A stretch of 64,000 bases of DNA from a virus: the IMG/VR virus record IMGVR_UViG_3300036791_000462, positions 1 to 64,000 of that record. One strand, 5' to 3'. The notes below the pieces were generated by a model. It ran no database searches. It was not told the DNA's origin and saw only the letters and a program-made list of their open reading frames with translations. The position numbers and the translations under genes are program-made. Positions 31,601 to 39,546 of this stretch are shown piece by piece; positions within the stretch are counted from its first letter, which is position 1; every line of letters starts with the position of its first letter.

Positions 31601-31660
31601 TGCCGCCTGCCAGGTCGGCAGGACAGGGTGCGACGGGTATGTCCTGCCGGTGCGAGCCAT
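25676..31660 (-). CDS. Giant Ala/Thr-repeat fibre-like protein with two LamG/ConA-like domains
   Basis: 1994 aa; ~20-aa LxxxAxAxxQAxxxV repeats; YWRLDE/YWRLDD..TVEAWVK..IDEVAVY..L motifs. Confidence 0.8.
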   Translation of the reverse strand: MARTGRTYPSHPVLPTWQAAPLATLTDTFSGASVDTGKWTTYGTVTESGGTLAVLATTAYSGVIAQRPWVLTGSSMLAQVTPPPAGTNNSFQTGVEIDIAQGSNSQGGAAWEFVATSGTRQIQPVYWDTGGTSHLQTAITLPASTLWVRIRESAGTLYWDYSTDAVNWTNQFSIADPFPTGAMFPQLWAGYYAAETDTNATFDNFNVPPVAQPLNATAGAASQAAANVIIPTTAYRDLILSEAGLISYWRLDETSGQFQDSKGTNPSTTVGSSIAYNAGGLITNSADAAASNAPAFGSTTSYINIPTSASLDVTTALTVEAWVKPSGIPASGSPQVISRGSDQLWYIRHYQTGDGRWEFNVFDSAAARITTAVNSPVAQVGVTQHIVMTYDPATVLKCYINGVQVGTAAATANSIATNGALCIFDRNPGSGSNFQGSIDEVAVYGVVLSAAQVATHYGIGTGQPYMAPVARAASQATATVTAPTAIPIAPVAGAASQALAATTAAAKLTASAGTASAATATVFAATRLTPTAGAASQATATVTAPTAQLLTPTASAATQALAPLTAPVWLQPGGAAGGNVQVASDDFNRADGAVGGGWVTGFDAAPVIVSQQIKGVTSATWHEILRGETYGNDQWSQIQVETPPGLSDWIGTCVRADLATGQNLYRFIYFNNGGSYELRIGKRVSGTGSTLATTVLGATPLPAGTTLMLSVVGSTLSLYQNGALALTTTDTQFPSGGAPGIIIFSNTATGDNWSGGNVVAATAAQAASAATATVTTITAQALAPTAGATAQATTVLSAPSLLTPTAATASQATVVLRAATALSASAGATTSATVAVTAAVKLALTAGATSAASVSLTTASVLAPSAQAATQALATVSVGGIPLTAVANAVTQATVTLTASSLLTATAVAITQATAFVTAPQPLTATARASSALTVVVTGAVTLSLSAQATTSAHGFTTAAVLLGGAPTANYRATVLSDAPTGYWRLDDTTTTAVDSSGSGDPGTYTGGYTQSQPGLLPSDPDKATTFDGTSGYVDCGNPSAFQLTTGSVEGWFKLASPPPSGQLQAVIVKQYGFGIFVNPNGYIDAFDWTGFAFFNSGGGGYGTNGPNLNDGNAHHVVLTFRSGVANGCVMYVDGAAVTTLGDTTLTVSDQSHDLMVGWGGTGTTQFFDGVLDEAAIYNYVLTPTQVLAHYSAGTVAGVGGVAAYAATSALATMSVGGVPLTAVANAATQATVALTAPSLLIANTAARTQATGLVAAQQPLTATALASSALTVAVVTGAASIIVQAGAATQAVATVTIPVVAQPLTVSATAKTKATCHVFPVLGPISGFRDAFNDLSQWSFSGDGATPIGNGQVQLNSGGTSGEWMQTLNWYRLTNSAVYLRFTPGDSNNPPWSYFQIQTWDANSVGFEFYDQSAAAGGPKAGGDWWCASFSSPGGSGNGIPSSAFAADRSIWLRVRESGDGYLHMEYSPDAVAWTEAAGSPLAWAPYVKGLDIVGLYVQTDPGNAAPVVVPYAVVQSINAAPVAVTATAGAATQASATITIPVAAQALALTAQAATAATGVLNAPTLLVPTAQATSQAQATVIPARPIAPTAAASTQALATVVVTVQLSLTATAASQATSGMQVPGVAFLTLSAAASTQALAPLTAATALIVTAQAATQAQAPLSAATKLAAAAGAVTQATAQLQAPMRLSAAASAAAQATATVIPAVQLAPSAAATTQATMAVGVANVVSIAPVAGASSQALAATRAASLLNLSATASSQALAAVILGSILSPRAAAATQAQAALTAPVQFAAHAQAQTQAVSLTTAPVALTADALAQTQAVMFATAGAVPLLARAGATAAATATVAVRVRMVLSASAQTSAAASVLTAAFLAPAASAASRASATVEVPTVVALVPVAQAATQARMTVAGQTSIFATATAATRATLILVAPLLTTLQPPLSASVVASVTSAAVVDLRMYTTVLLSRYSASVEDLEVVAQPTIDTGMLAGVES

Positions 31661-32463
31661 CAGCCCAGGTAGACGCCTGCGAACGCGGGACGTTCAGGGA
31701 GCCAGAGGCGAGGACGCCACCAGTTGCGCCGCGCGTCGGCTTGCATTCTGCTGGCGGCACGGCCGACCGCCTGGCCGAGGATGACCGGTTGCCCGCTGAC
31801 CGGGGCGGCCGGGGGGAGCTTGTAGGTGCTGACCACTACCCCGATGTAGTTCGGCGATCCACTAACCGCCAGCGAGTCCGAGGTGGCGGCTGCGTTGCTG
31901 GTCGTTATGCCGTAGCCAAAGTTGTAGTGCGCCGTGGTCGAAGTGCTGTTGTTGTTGGTTGACGTAATGGTGACGCCGTTGTTGACCGTGTGCGTGAGCG
32001 TGGCGGTCGCGGACATCGAGGCCGTGGACACGCCTGCGACACATACCAGTTCGCCGGGGCCTGTGTCGGCTCCGGTCGCGGTGGCTACGACCGGACTCGT
32101 TGTCCCGTTCGTCCCGCCGTCCCTATCGAGTGGCAGTGAGACGTTTGCGTTGCCCGAAAACTCGTAGAGTTGCGCCGTGAGGACACTGCTCGTTATCGCC
32201 GCAACGGTCGGAGCGGCATCGGCACCCGCTGCCTCTTTGTTGAATATCACAATGTTGTGACTGATGGCGTCGCCCGTCCCGGGCGCGAAGCTGTTCCAAC
32301 CCGTAGGGTTGTTCGGCACGGCACTGCCACCGTTAGAGAAGACCACGAGAAGCAGCAAGTTCCCAACCGAGCGGTTCGAGCCGGTGCCCCAGGCTGGCGT
32401 GACCGCCGCGCCCGAAGAACCGATTGAAACGACACCCGCCGATCCCACGAGCGCGGGGGGCAC
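31660..32463 (-). CDS. Putative virion structural protein (Ser/Thr/Gly-rich)
   Basis: VGNLLLLVV..PTGW..; coupled to the giant gene. Confidence 0.6.
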   Translation of the reverse strand: MPPALVGSAGVVSIGSSGAAVTPAWGTGSNRSVGNLLLLVVFSNGGSAVPNNPTGWNSFAPGTGDAISHNIVIFNKEAAGADAAPTVAAITSSVLTAQLYEFSGNANVSLPLDRDGGTNGTTSPVVATATGADTGPGELVCVAGVSTASMSATATLTHTVNNGVTITSTNNNSTSTTAHYNFGYGITTSNAAATSDSLAVSGSPNYIGVVVSTYKLPPAAPVSGQPVILGQAVGRAASRMQADARRNWWRPRLWLPERPAFAGVYLG

Positions 32464-32982
32464 CTACACCCTCCAGATCCGGTCGGCGACCGGCTCGGAC
32501 CAGTCGGGCGCGGGGTCGCTGGAGAACCAGTACGACGCACCGGGTCGCATGCGGCCCATGATCAGCCGGTTGATCTGCTGCTGGTGCTCAAGGTCGAGCG
32601 CGAGCCCGTTGCAGTGGACCACGTCGTAGTCCGAGTACGCCGTGAACTCCTCGGCGTTGACGCAGGTCGCGCGCAGCTTGGGGTACAGGCTCAGTGACGC
32701 CTCGACGTAGGGCTCGTACCGTTCGATGCCGTCAGCGCCAAACCCCAGGATGTCGGCCAGGAACAGCTTGCTGCCGATCCCGGAGCCCACGTCCAGGAAG
32801 CGGTAGCGGCCCTCGCCCAACAGCCGCCGAACACGGTCGATGCCGTCGTAGAACTCCACGACGGCCGAGGGCTGGTAGGAGTACCACACCTGCTCGTCAT
32901 CCGGAAACGGCGGCGTGAATGCCGTTTCAAGATGCGTGACAAGCTGCTGTGCCGCCTCCTGAAAGATCGGATAGCCGTTCAT
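32464..32982 (-). CDS. Class I SAM-dependent methyltransferase
   Basis: FLDVGSGIG motif I, GIE, YDVV, MRPGA. Confidence 0.85.
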   Translation of the reverse strand: MNGYPIFQEAAQQLVTHLETAFTPPFPDDEQVWYSYQPSAVVEFYDGIDRVRRLLGEGRYRFLDVGSGIGSKLFLADILGFGADGIERYEPYVEASLSLYPKLRATCVNAEEFTAYSDYDVVHCNGLALDLEHQQQINRLIMGRMRPGASYWFSSDPAPDWSEPVADRIWRV

Positions 32983-32995
32983 CTCGCACCGTGGG

Positions 32996-33643
32996 CTATT
33001 CCTCCCATTCGAGGTAGCTGTCGCTGTTCGGCGTGCCGGTCGAGGTGGTCAGCCTGAGGCAAAGCCCCTTGCCCGCCGTCCCAGCGGTGACGATGCCCGT
33101 CGTTTCGCGGCCGAGCGGGGACTGTAGGACCAACGGCCCGCCGGGGAGGTTGAAACGCCAGCGTTTGACGCCCGAGGTCGTGAGCACGGTGGGTTCGGCG
33201 GTGTAGTTGATGCCAGCCGTGTTCGCGCTCGCCTGGGCGGGCCAGCCGCGCAACTGGTTGGGGGTCGGACTCGTTGTCGGCGTTCCGGCCGTCGCCTGCG
33301 TAGACTGGCAAAGCTCGACTAGCAGGTTGCCGCTCGTGCCGTCGCACGAGACGCCAAACTCGATGATTGACGGCTGGTTGGAGGTTCCGGAGATCAGGTC
33401 GATCACCGTCTTCGGCGTCGTTCCCACCGGGAAGAAGTTGGCGACGACCGTGTAGGCGTTGCCCGGCACGCTCGCCGACGGCTGTCCGGAGCGCAGCACG
33501 TCGCGCAGCATCCGGCCCCACTCGCGCCGCTGGCAGTCGCGCTCACGGCTCAGATCGAACGTCTCCCAGCTACGCAGGAAGTCCGACTCGATCAGATCCT
33601 CGGGGACCGGGACGAGCGCGCCTCGTTCGCGGGTCCACCGCAT
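32996..33643 (-). CDS. Putative virion structural protein
   Basis: Beta-rich Thr/Gly ORF ending WEE, inside the appendage operon. Confidence 0.55.
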   Translation of the reverse strand: MRWTRERGALVPVPEDLIESDFLRSWETFDLSRERDCQRREWGRMLRDVLRSGQPSASVPGNAYTVVANFFPVGTTPKTVIDLISGTSNQPSIIEFGVSCDGTSGNLLVELCQSTQATAGTPTTSPTPNQLRGWPAQASANTAGINYTAEPTVLTTSGVKRWRFNLPGGPLVLQSPLGRETTGIVTAGTAGKGLCLRLTTSTGTPNSDSYLEWEE

Positions 33644-33649
33644 CGAGCC

Positions 33650-34093
33650 TCAGTTCCGGCCTTCGGTGTCCCCGGCCTCCGTCTTGGCCCAGGTGCCGTC
33701 GTCGCGCTGCTCGACCAGGCCCGCTTCCTCCAACTGATCGAGGTGCTTCTGGACGGCCCCCTCCTCGCTGTACTCGACGGCGCTGAACGGGTCCGAAGCC
33801 ATGTCCTCGGTGATCACCGCGACGGTGTTGCGCGGCCTGCCGAGATGCTCCTCGTCGGTCACGAACGCGAGCACGCGACGGGTGGTGCCGAGCGGATCGA
33901 AGTGGGGTTCGTAGCCAGGAACCTGACCTGGGGCAAGCTCCTCGCCCGTGTATTGCGGCGGGTTTGACCAACTGGTGATCTCCCCGGCCTCGTTGCGGTA
34001 CACGAGCGACCCTTCGGGGATCGGGATCTCCTCGCCGGTGTCCGGGTGGACGTAGACGCTGTCGTCCGGTTCGTCTGCCTTCGCCTTCGCCAT
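33650..34093 (-). CDS. Hypothetical protein with C-terminal winged-helix-like motif
   Basis: AVQKHLDQLEEAGLVEQRDDGTWAKTEAG; GAGGA RBS. Confidence 0.6.
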   Translation of the reverse strand: MAKAKADEPDDSVYVHPDTGEEIPIPEGSLVYRNEAGEITSWSNPPQYTGEELAPGQVPGYEPHFDPLGTTRRVLAFVTDEEHLGRPRNTVAVITEDMASDPFSAVEYSEEGAVQKHLDQLEEAGLVEQRDDGTWAKTEAGDTEGRN

Positions 34094-34104
34094 TGCCGTT
34101 CCTC

Positions 34105-34764
34105 TCAGGTTCCCGTGACGCTCACAGCCAGCGCACCGGCAGCAATCGTCGGCGGCGTCTGGGTGGTCGAGATGACCGTGCTCGTCAGTGTGCCGTACCA
34201 CAGCGCGTTGCCCGCGTTGACGGTCGCGGAGTCAGCGACCAGGAACCCGACGAGAGTCGCGGTGCCTGCGGTGCAGTTGCCGAACGTGATCGTGGCGGCG
34301 TTCGCGCCGACGGACGGAGTCGCGGCGGTCGCAGCAACCCAGCCCGCGCCCGCGATTGTCTGGCGGGCGTAGCCGGTGTACGCCGCTTCGTTCGCGCCCA
34401 GGGCTCCGGTGCTGATTGACGTAGGCGCTGAGTTGATGCCAAGCGCGAGCGCGCAAACGGACGGCATCGTGAACGACGTTTTGCCGTTCAGATGGTCCAC
34501 GATGTGCGACATCGCGTACTGCGAGATGCCTGAGGTGATCGCAACCGGCACGTTCTCCTCACGGAGAATCCGGTCGATCTCGTCCCACATCCCTGCTTCG
34601 TATTCGGCGAGCTTCGCCACGTCGAGCAGCACGCCACGGTAGCGCTCAAGCTCGGTCCACGTGTCGTCCATCCACCGCTTGCCGTACTCGGTTGGCTGCA
34701 TGGGGCCAGCGGGCTCCAGGAGGACCGCGCCGCGTTCCAGCAACCGCTCGATTTCGTTGTCCAC
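34105..34764 (-). CDS. Phage fibre/neck-associated structural protein
   Basis: ISQYAMSHIVDH..YTGYARQTI..NAATITF..DSATVNAGNALWYGTL; a second RBS plus GTG at 34551. Confidence 0.65.
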   Translation of the reverse strand: MDNEIERLLERGAVLLEPAGPMQPTEYGKRWMDDTWTELERYRGVLLDVAKLAEYEAGMWDEIDRILREENVPVAITSGISQYAMSHIVDHLNGKTSFTMPSVCALALGINSAPTSISTGALGANEAAYTGYARQTIAGAGWVAATAATPSVGANAATITFGNCTAGTATLVGFLVADSATVNAGNALWYGTLTSTVISTTQTPPTIAAGALAVSVTGT

Positions 34765-34828
34765 CAGAGCCTCCTTCGCTGAACTCTGCTAGAGCCTAAG
34801 CGAGGATGGCGACACTTCCGGATTCGGA

Positions 34829-35068
34829 TTAGTGCTCGGCGATACCGAGCCGCGCGAGGCGCAGCTTTGAGTAGAGCATCGCTATCGCGCTGATCAGCGC
34901 ATCTATCGTCTCCTCGCCCGACATTTCGGTATCGAGGTAAAGCTGGCCCTGGCGGGTTTTGGTCATCGTGATGCCCTCCACCGTGCTCTCGGCCAGCGCT
35001 TCGTTGAGGAACTCCGGTCCGATCTTGAACGACTCGGGCTCGGCCCCTGTTCGCTTGCGTAGTCTCAC
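34829..35068 (-). CDS. Hypothetical protein
   Basis: 79-aa ORF with GAGGAGG RBS and GTGA overlap. Confidence 0.55.
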   Translation of the reverse strand: MRLRKRTGAEPESFKIGPEFLNEALAESTVEGITMTKTRQGQLYLDTEMSGEETIDALISAIAMLYSKLRLARLGIAEH

Positions 35069-36894
35069 ATCCCCTCCTCTCCCTGCGTCGTGGTTTGCAG
35101 TTCCTTGAGCTTCGCCTGGTCGGCCTCCAGCCGGTTGATCAGCCTGGTCAGCCGGTCGATCTGCTCCTGGTAGTAGCGCTTCCAGTCGCCGCTGTCGGCG
35201 TGGCTCAGCGAGTCGTTGTAGTCGTTGTAGCTCGCGCGAGCCGCGTCGATCTGCTCGTCCAGCATCGTGGGGTCGAGCCGCCGCAGACGGTCCTGCTCGC
35301 GCTCAGCGGCGGTTTTCGTGACCTCGATCTCGGTGGCCTCAGCGTCAGCCTCGACCACCGTGATCGAGCGGAGGTTGGTCACCTGGGTGACCTTCCCGCC
35401 GCCGTTGTAGGAGTCCGTCTCGTGCTTCTTGATCGTCGCGCTGCAGGTGACCGTGGTGCCCTGGTCGATCCCGCCAGCACCCCACCAGATGATCCCGTTG
35501 CCGTCCCGGTCATAGCCCTTCGTCAGCCACCGGGTGCCGTACTGGCCCTCGAAGCTCTTGACGAACGTGACGGTGAAGGTCAGGCCCTTGATCCGGTCGC
35601 CAACGGAGCCGATCCACTCCGAGCCCGCCGTCCGCTTGGCCTCCAGTTGACGCTGCAACTCCCGCTGGTAGGCCCCGATGGCGGAGGCGACGAACCCGTC
35701 GCCCTTCTCGCCCAGGTAGTCGGCGCGGCAGTAAGTGGTCAGGTTGTGCTCGAACTCTGAAAGCTCGTCACGCTCGCTCAGGTCATCGCGGACCCAGTCC
35801 AGGGCGGTGGTCGCGATCTCGCGATCCTCGTCGGTGGTCGCGACCCGCAGCTTCGCGTTGCGCTCCAGGTAGTTGTCCTTCGCCCGGTCGGCGGTCGCGC
35901 CGTAGTTCCGGGTGAAGTCCCCGTAGGAATCGTCCCGCGTCCACCGGGGCGTCCACCCGAACTCGCGAATCATCGCCGCGACGTTCGTCAGGAAGTCCCG
36001 TGTGGGGATCGCGATCCGGCCGCCGCCGATCCCGACATCGCCGAACCCGTCGTCGCCGGACTCGAACCCGAGGTCGGCGTACAGCGCCTCCAGCCACTCG
36101 GCCCACGCTGCGACACGCTCGGGATTGTGAGCGCCGGTGTAGTCGCCCAAGCAAGTTGACCCAATCTGCCTCAGTTCGCCGGTTGCGACCTCGAACAGGA
36201 TGTAGGTCTGCTTGCGGCGGCGGTTGAAACCGCAGTGGTCGCAGTCAGGCCCGGCGTGCCGGTAGCTGGTCAGGTCAGCGGCCTCAACGGCCGCAGCGGC
36301 CTCCTCACCGATCTTGTTCTTGAGGAACGTTCCGACGGGCGCGCGGCGGATGCCGACACTCTCGTCAGCGCCCTGGTCGGCGTCGTGATCCAAAGTTGCA
36401 AGAAAAACCCACCCCCCAATCTGCGGCGTCTCGCCGTTGACGGTGATGAAGGTGAAGTCGATGACCCGCTCGACGTAATCGCGGGTCGTGCCCTCGACCG
36501 CCAGCAGCGCCGCCGACACACTGTCGGTGGCGGGGCGCATCTCGCGGCGGACCTCCTGGTCCTTCTCGTCAGAGACGGTCAGCGTGATCTCGCCGGTCCC
36601 GAGCTTGACGGCCTTCTTGTTCAGCTTGGTGATCCGCTCGCGAAGCTCGGCCATCTTGGAGTCAACAACGCGGAAGACGCGCCCGCCGACCTCCTCGCGC
36701 AGCGCGGCGACCTCGGCGATCAGCCGGTCGGCCTTCGCCTGGGCGGCGATCACGGTGGGGTGCTCGTAAACGTTGACGCGCTCACGGGCGCGAGCGTCAA
36801 GGCTCCAGTAGATGTCCTCGTAAGCGACAGACACCTCGGTCCGCGCTTCACGCGCATCCTGCTGGCGCTCGTAAACAGTTCTCAGGTCAGTCAT
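35065..36894 (-). CDS. Conserved phage protein with Zn-binding motif and C-terminal OB-fold-like domain
   Basis: CDHCGFNRRR..QIGSTCL; SEWIGSVGDRI..YG..IIWW..ATIKKH. Confidence 0.65.
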   Translation of the reverse strand: MTDLRTVYERQQDAREARTEVSVAYEDIYWSLDARARERVNVYEHPTVIAAQAKADRLIAEVAALREEVGGRVFRVVDSKMAELRERITKLNKKAVKLGTGEITLTVSDEKDQEVRREMRPATDSVSAALLAVEGTTRDYVERVIDFTFITVNGETPQIGGWVFLATLDHDADQGADESVGIRRAPVGTFLKNKIGEEAAAAVEAADLTSYRHAGPDCDHCGFNRRRKQTYILFEVATGELRQIGSTCLGDYTGAHNPERVAAWAEWLEALYADLGFESGDDGFGDVGIGGGRIAIPTRDFLTNVAAMIREFGWTPRWTRDDSYGDFTRNYGATADRAKDNYLERNAKLRVATTDEDREIATTALDWVRDDLSERDELSEFEHNLTTYCRADYLGEKGDGFVASAIGAYQRELQRQLEAKRTAGSEWIGSVGDRIKGLTFTVTFVKSFEGQYGTRWLTKGYDRDGNGIIWWGAGGIDQGTTVTCSATIKKHETDSYNGGGKVTQVTNLRSITVVEADAEATEIEVTKTAAEREQDRLRRLDPTMLDEQIDAARASYNDYNDSLSHADSGDWKRYYQEQIDRLTRLINRLEADQAKLKELQTTTQGEEGM

Positions 36895-36898
36895 CAGT

Positions 36899-36954
36899 CT
36901 CCTCGGTCTGCGGCTCTCTTACCGCACTAACATCATAGCACAGATCGTGCGCTA
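36899..36954 (-). promoter_or_regulatory. Repeat element, copy 2
   Basis: TAGCGCACG-A-TCTGTGCTA, TATGAT, hairpin TGCGG..CCGCA, AGACCGAGGAG. Confidence 0.8.
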
Positions 36955-37530
36955 GGAGCGCGCCGCCAGGATCGTCTTCAGATCCTCGTCGGAGTTCAGA
37001 GCCCCCCACACGTCGTTGCGGCGCAGAATCTCCAACAGCGCCTGCTTCTCGACGGCGATCCCAAAGTATTGGGCGCGCTCCAGCGTCGGATGCTCGCCGT
37101 CACGCTCGCCAGTGCCATCGCACCACCGGCACGTCACCCACCAGGTGCTCTCGTCACCCTCGTCGTAGCCGTCGTCGTCTTCGTCAAGCTCGATCTCACC
37201 GTTGTCGCAGAAGCCGCACTCGGTGCCGCCGTCGCGCCACGTGACCTCCAGGGCCTTCCCCTCGGCGTTGATGACCCAGGCGTGGTGGATGAGTATCCCC
37301 GAGCGGCTGGCGAACCCCTCGACGTAGGTCAACTCGCCGTCGCTGGCGAGCGCGGCGGTCGCGGCGTTCTGGAAGCACTCTCTCAGCTTCCCGTTCGGGG
37401 CTGACGCCTCACGGTCAAGCTCGTACACCTGGCCGTGCTCCAGGACTGCTGCCTGGAGGTTCTGTTCGCGCGGAACACCCAGGCGCTCCCAGCCTTCGGC
37501 TTCCCAGCGCAGCGTCTCCTCGATGTTCAT
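36952..37530 (-). CDS. Putative transglutaminase/papain-like protein with inserted Zn finger
   Basis: ECFQNA..YVEGFA..HHAWV..LEVTW; CGFC and CRWCDGTG. Confidence 0.55.
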   Translation of the reverse strand: MNIEETLRWEAEGWERLGVPREQNLQAAVLEHGQVYELDREASAPNGKLRECFQNAATAALASDGELTYVEGFASRSGILIHHAWVINAEGKALEVTWRDGGTECGFCDNGEIELDEDDDGYDEGDESTWWVTCRWCDGTGERDGEHPTLERAQYFGIAVEKQALLEILRRNDVWGALNSDEDLKTILAARS

Positions 37531-37682
37531 CGCCGCGCCTCGAACGCCAGTGCGATCATCTCCGCGACGATCTCGTCGGCGCGAGCCCGGTCGGCGCATT
37601 CGTAACCCCAGTGCAGCCGCGTGCGCTCGTAGCGCAGTTCGCGCAGACGCCGTTCGGCGGCGGCTCGCTGCTGGTCGGTCAT
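37527..37682 (-). CDS. Small hypothetical protein
   Basis: MTDQQRAAAERR.. after CGACCGAGGAGG. Confidence 0.6.
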   Translation of the reverse strand: MTDQQRAAAERRLRELRYERTRLHWGYECADRARADEIVAEMIALAFEARR

Positions 37683-37687
37683 GCTGC

Positions 37688-37746
37688 CTCCTCGGTCGCT
37701 GCGGGGCCTTTCCCCACACCAACATCTTAGCACACGACACGCGCTT
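37688..37746 (-). promoter_or_regulatory. Repeat element, copy 3
   Basis: AAGCGCGTG-T-CGTGTGCTA, TAAGAT, hairpin TGTGGGG..CCCCGCA. Confidence 0.8.
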
Positions 37747-37859
37747 GAGAGGACGGCCCGGTGCTGGGTGCAATGACCTTCTTCCCAGTCACCGGCTTAC
37801 GCGGTGTCCAGTCGACCGCCCTCCACCCTACTGTGGCCGCACCAGCCCCAAAGTCGGGA

Positions 37860-38369
37860 TCAGGCGGCGGACTTCGCTGCCGTCTTCGCGTGCGACGCGG
37901 CCTTCTTCGCTTCCCACTCGGCGAGCGCCTTGGCGGCTGCGGCGCGGACCTCGGGGCTGACCTTGCCGCGTCCGCTGGCCCAGTTCTTCATCACCCCGAT
38001 AGCCATCTGGATCGCCTGAGATTCGGAGTGTCCGGACTTGATGATGCCTTTGGCGACATTCTGGATATATGCCGGGAGTCCTCCGACGCGGGCGACCCAG
38101 TTGCTCGTTTTGCTCGTGCTGAACGGTGACGGGGTGACCGAATACCCGGCGGTCTTCTCCGACTCCTCAAGCTGCGTCTCAGTTGGCAGCCACTCCTCGG
38201 CTTGCTCATCGAGCGCGGCCCACGCCGCTTCCTGGCTCTCGACGTTGGCTTTCAGCGCACGCAGGTGCGCCATCGCCTTCTCGTGACTGGAGTGGTGTTT
38301 GACGACCTCGCCCGTGTCGGAGCGGATCACGTCGTTGCCCTTGCAGGTGTATGGCATAGCCCCGCTCAT
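37860..38369 (-). CDS. Putative head-associated protein
   Basis: Two small modules, [23 protein letters not shown] and [25 protein letters not shown], joined by a QEA/LEES linker. Confidence 0.55.
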   Translation of the reverse strand: MSGAMPYTCKGNDVIRSDTGEVVKHHSSHEKAMAHLRALKANVESQEAAWAALDEQAEEWLPTETQLEESEKTAGYSVTPSPFSTSKTSNWVARVGGLPAYIQNVAKGIIKSGHSESQAIQMAIGVMKNWASGRGKVSPEVRAAAAKALAEWEAKKAASHAKTAAKSAA

Positions 38370-38905
38370 TTCCGTGCGTTTTCAATGCAGGTGTAGATCT
38401 TGACCTTCCCGCCCGGCTGGTTGATCACCAAGATGCCCGGCGAGTAGCCGGTGTAGCACGAGAAGCTGCCAGCCGGACCCTGTACGCCCTGCGGTCCCGT
38501 ATCGCCCTTCGGACCCTGCGAGCCCGCCGGACCGGTTGCGCCCTGCGGGCCGGTAGCACCAGTCGGGCCTGCTGGCCCCGTTGGACCCGTCCCACCCGTA
38601 CCGCCGCCACCAGCAGGACCAGTCGCTCCCGTGTCGCCCTTCGGTCCGGCCACGCCCTGTGGTCCCTGTAGCCCGACGCCGCCGGTTACGCCCGCTGGTC
38701 CGGTCGCCCCCGTCGCGCCAGTGTGCCCTGCTGGCCCTGCCGGTCCCGTGTGACCTCGCGGGCCTCGCGGACCTGGCGACAGGCTCACCGTCACCGTTCT
38801 CGTTGGTGGTGGCGCGGAGCTTGTCACCGCTGCTGCTGTTGCGAGCCCGCCTGCGGACACAAACGCCGCACCTCCGACCACCGTGAACACGCGGCTAGCT
38901 TTCAT
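38366..38905 (-). CDS. Secreted or membrane-anchored collagen-like protein
   Basis: N-terminal hydrophobic signal, long Gly-X-Y run, C-terminal Cys pair. Confidence 0.8.
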   Translation of the reverse strand: MKASRVFTVVGGAAFVSAGGLATAAAVTSSAPPPTRTVTVSLSPGPRGPRGHTGPAGPAGHTGATGATGPAGVTGGVGLQGPQGVAGPKGDTGATGPAGGGGTGGTGPTGPAGPTGATGPQGATGPAGSQGPKGDTGPQGVQGPAGSFSCYTGYSPGILVINQPGGKVKIYTCIENARK

Positions 38906-39155
38906 CTGGGGGCTCCACGTCGATGCCCAAGTCGAGCTTCAGGTCGTTCAACTCCATCTTCACCTTGTGCAGTTCCACCGAGTATTCCTCGGCCTCAGCG
39001 CGAGCTTCCCTCAGATGCTCCAAACACGCTTCGTGATCTTCGCTGCGGCTCCTGCGTAACGCCATGATGGTCGATGCGATACCGCCGGTGGCGGTCACGA
39101 GGGCTGCGAGCCCCAGCAGCGTCGGCTGGTCGATTGCGGCGATGGCCCAGACCAT
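38895..39155 (-). CDS. Single-TM coiled-coil protein (possibly holin-like)
   Basis: [21 protein letters not shown] followed by a charged coiled coil. Confidence 0.5.
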   Translation of the reverse strand: MVWAIAAIDQPTLLGLAALVTATGGIASTIMALRRSRSEDHEACLEHLREARAEAEEYSVELHKVKMELNDLKLDLGIDVEPPDES

Positions 39156-39169
39156 GCACCAACATCACA

Positions 39170-39544
39170 TCAGGCGGTAGCGGTGGCCCAGCCCGCCGGG
39201 AGCTTGCCGGTCAACCCGAGCGCCTTCGCGCGCTTGATGATGAACGCCTTGATCGCACCCTTGTCATCGGGGTTGCCACGCCCGAACGCCTGGATCGCGT
39301 TCGCCAGGTCGGCGGGCGTTTCGATTGGGTAGCGCCCGCCGGGCATCGCGTGACCCTTCTTCTCCAGCGCCGCGCGCCTCTTGGTGGTGAACAGCCGCTC
39401 CTCCAACTGGCGGCGAAGCACCCGCTCGCGTGCGTACGCGCGGACGAACTCCTGCGAACTTGCAGCCGTCTTGCGCAGGTGGGTGGCTTCCTCAAGCTGA
39501 TACCACGGGTGCGCTGCTACGGGTGCTTCTTCGAGCACGGTCAT
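39170..39544 (-). CDS. Putative head-associated protein
   Basis: AMPGGRYPIETPADLANAIQAFGRG..IKAFIIKRAKALG resembles a module found in actinophage head genes; LEE motifs. Confidence 0.6.
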   Translation of the reverse strand: MTVLEEAPVAAHPWYQLEEATHLRKTAASSQEFVRAYARERVLRRQLEERLFTTKRRAALEKKGHAMPGGRYPIETPADLANAIQAFGRGNPDDKGAIKAFIIKRAKALGLTGKLPAGWATATA

Positions 39545-39546
39545 GT

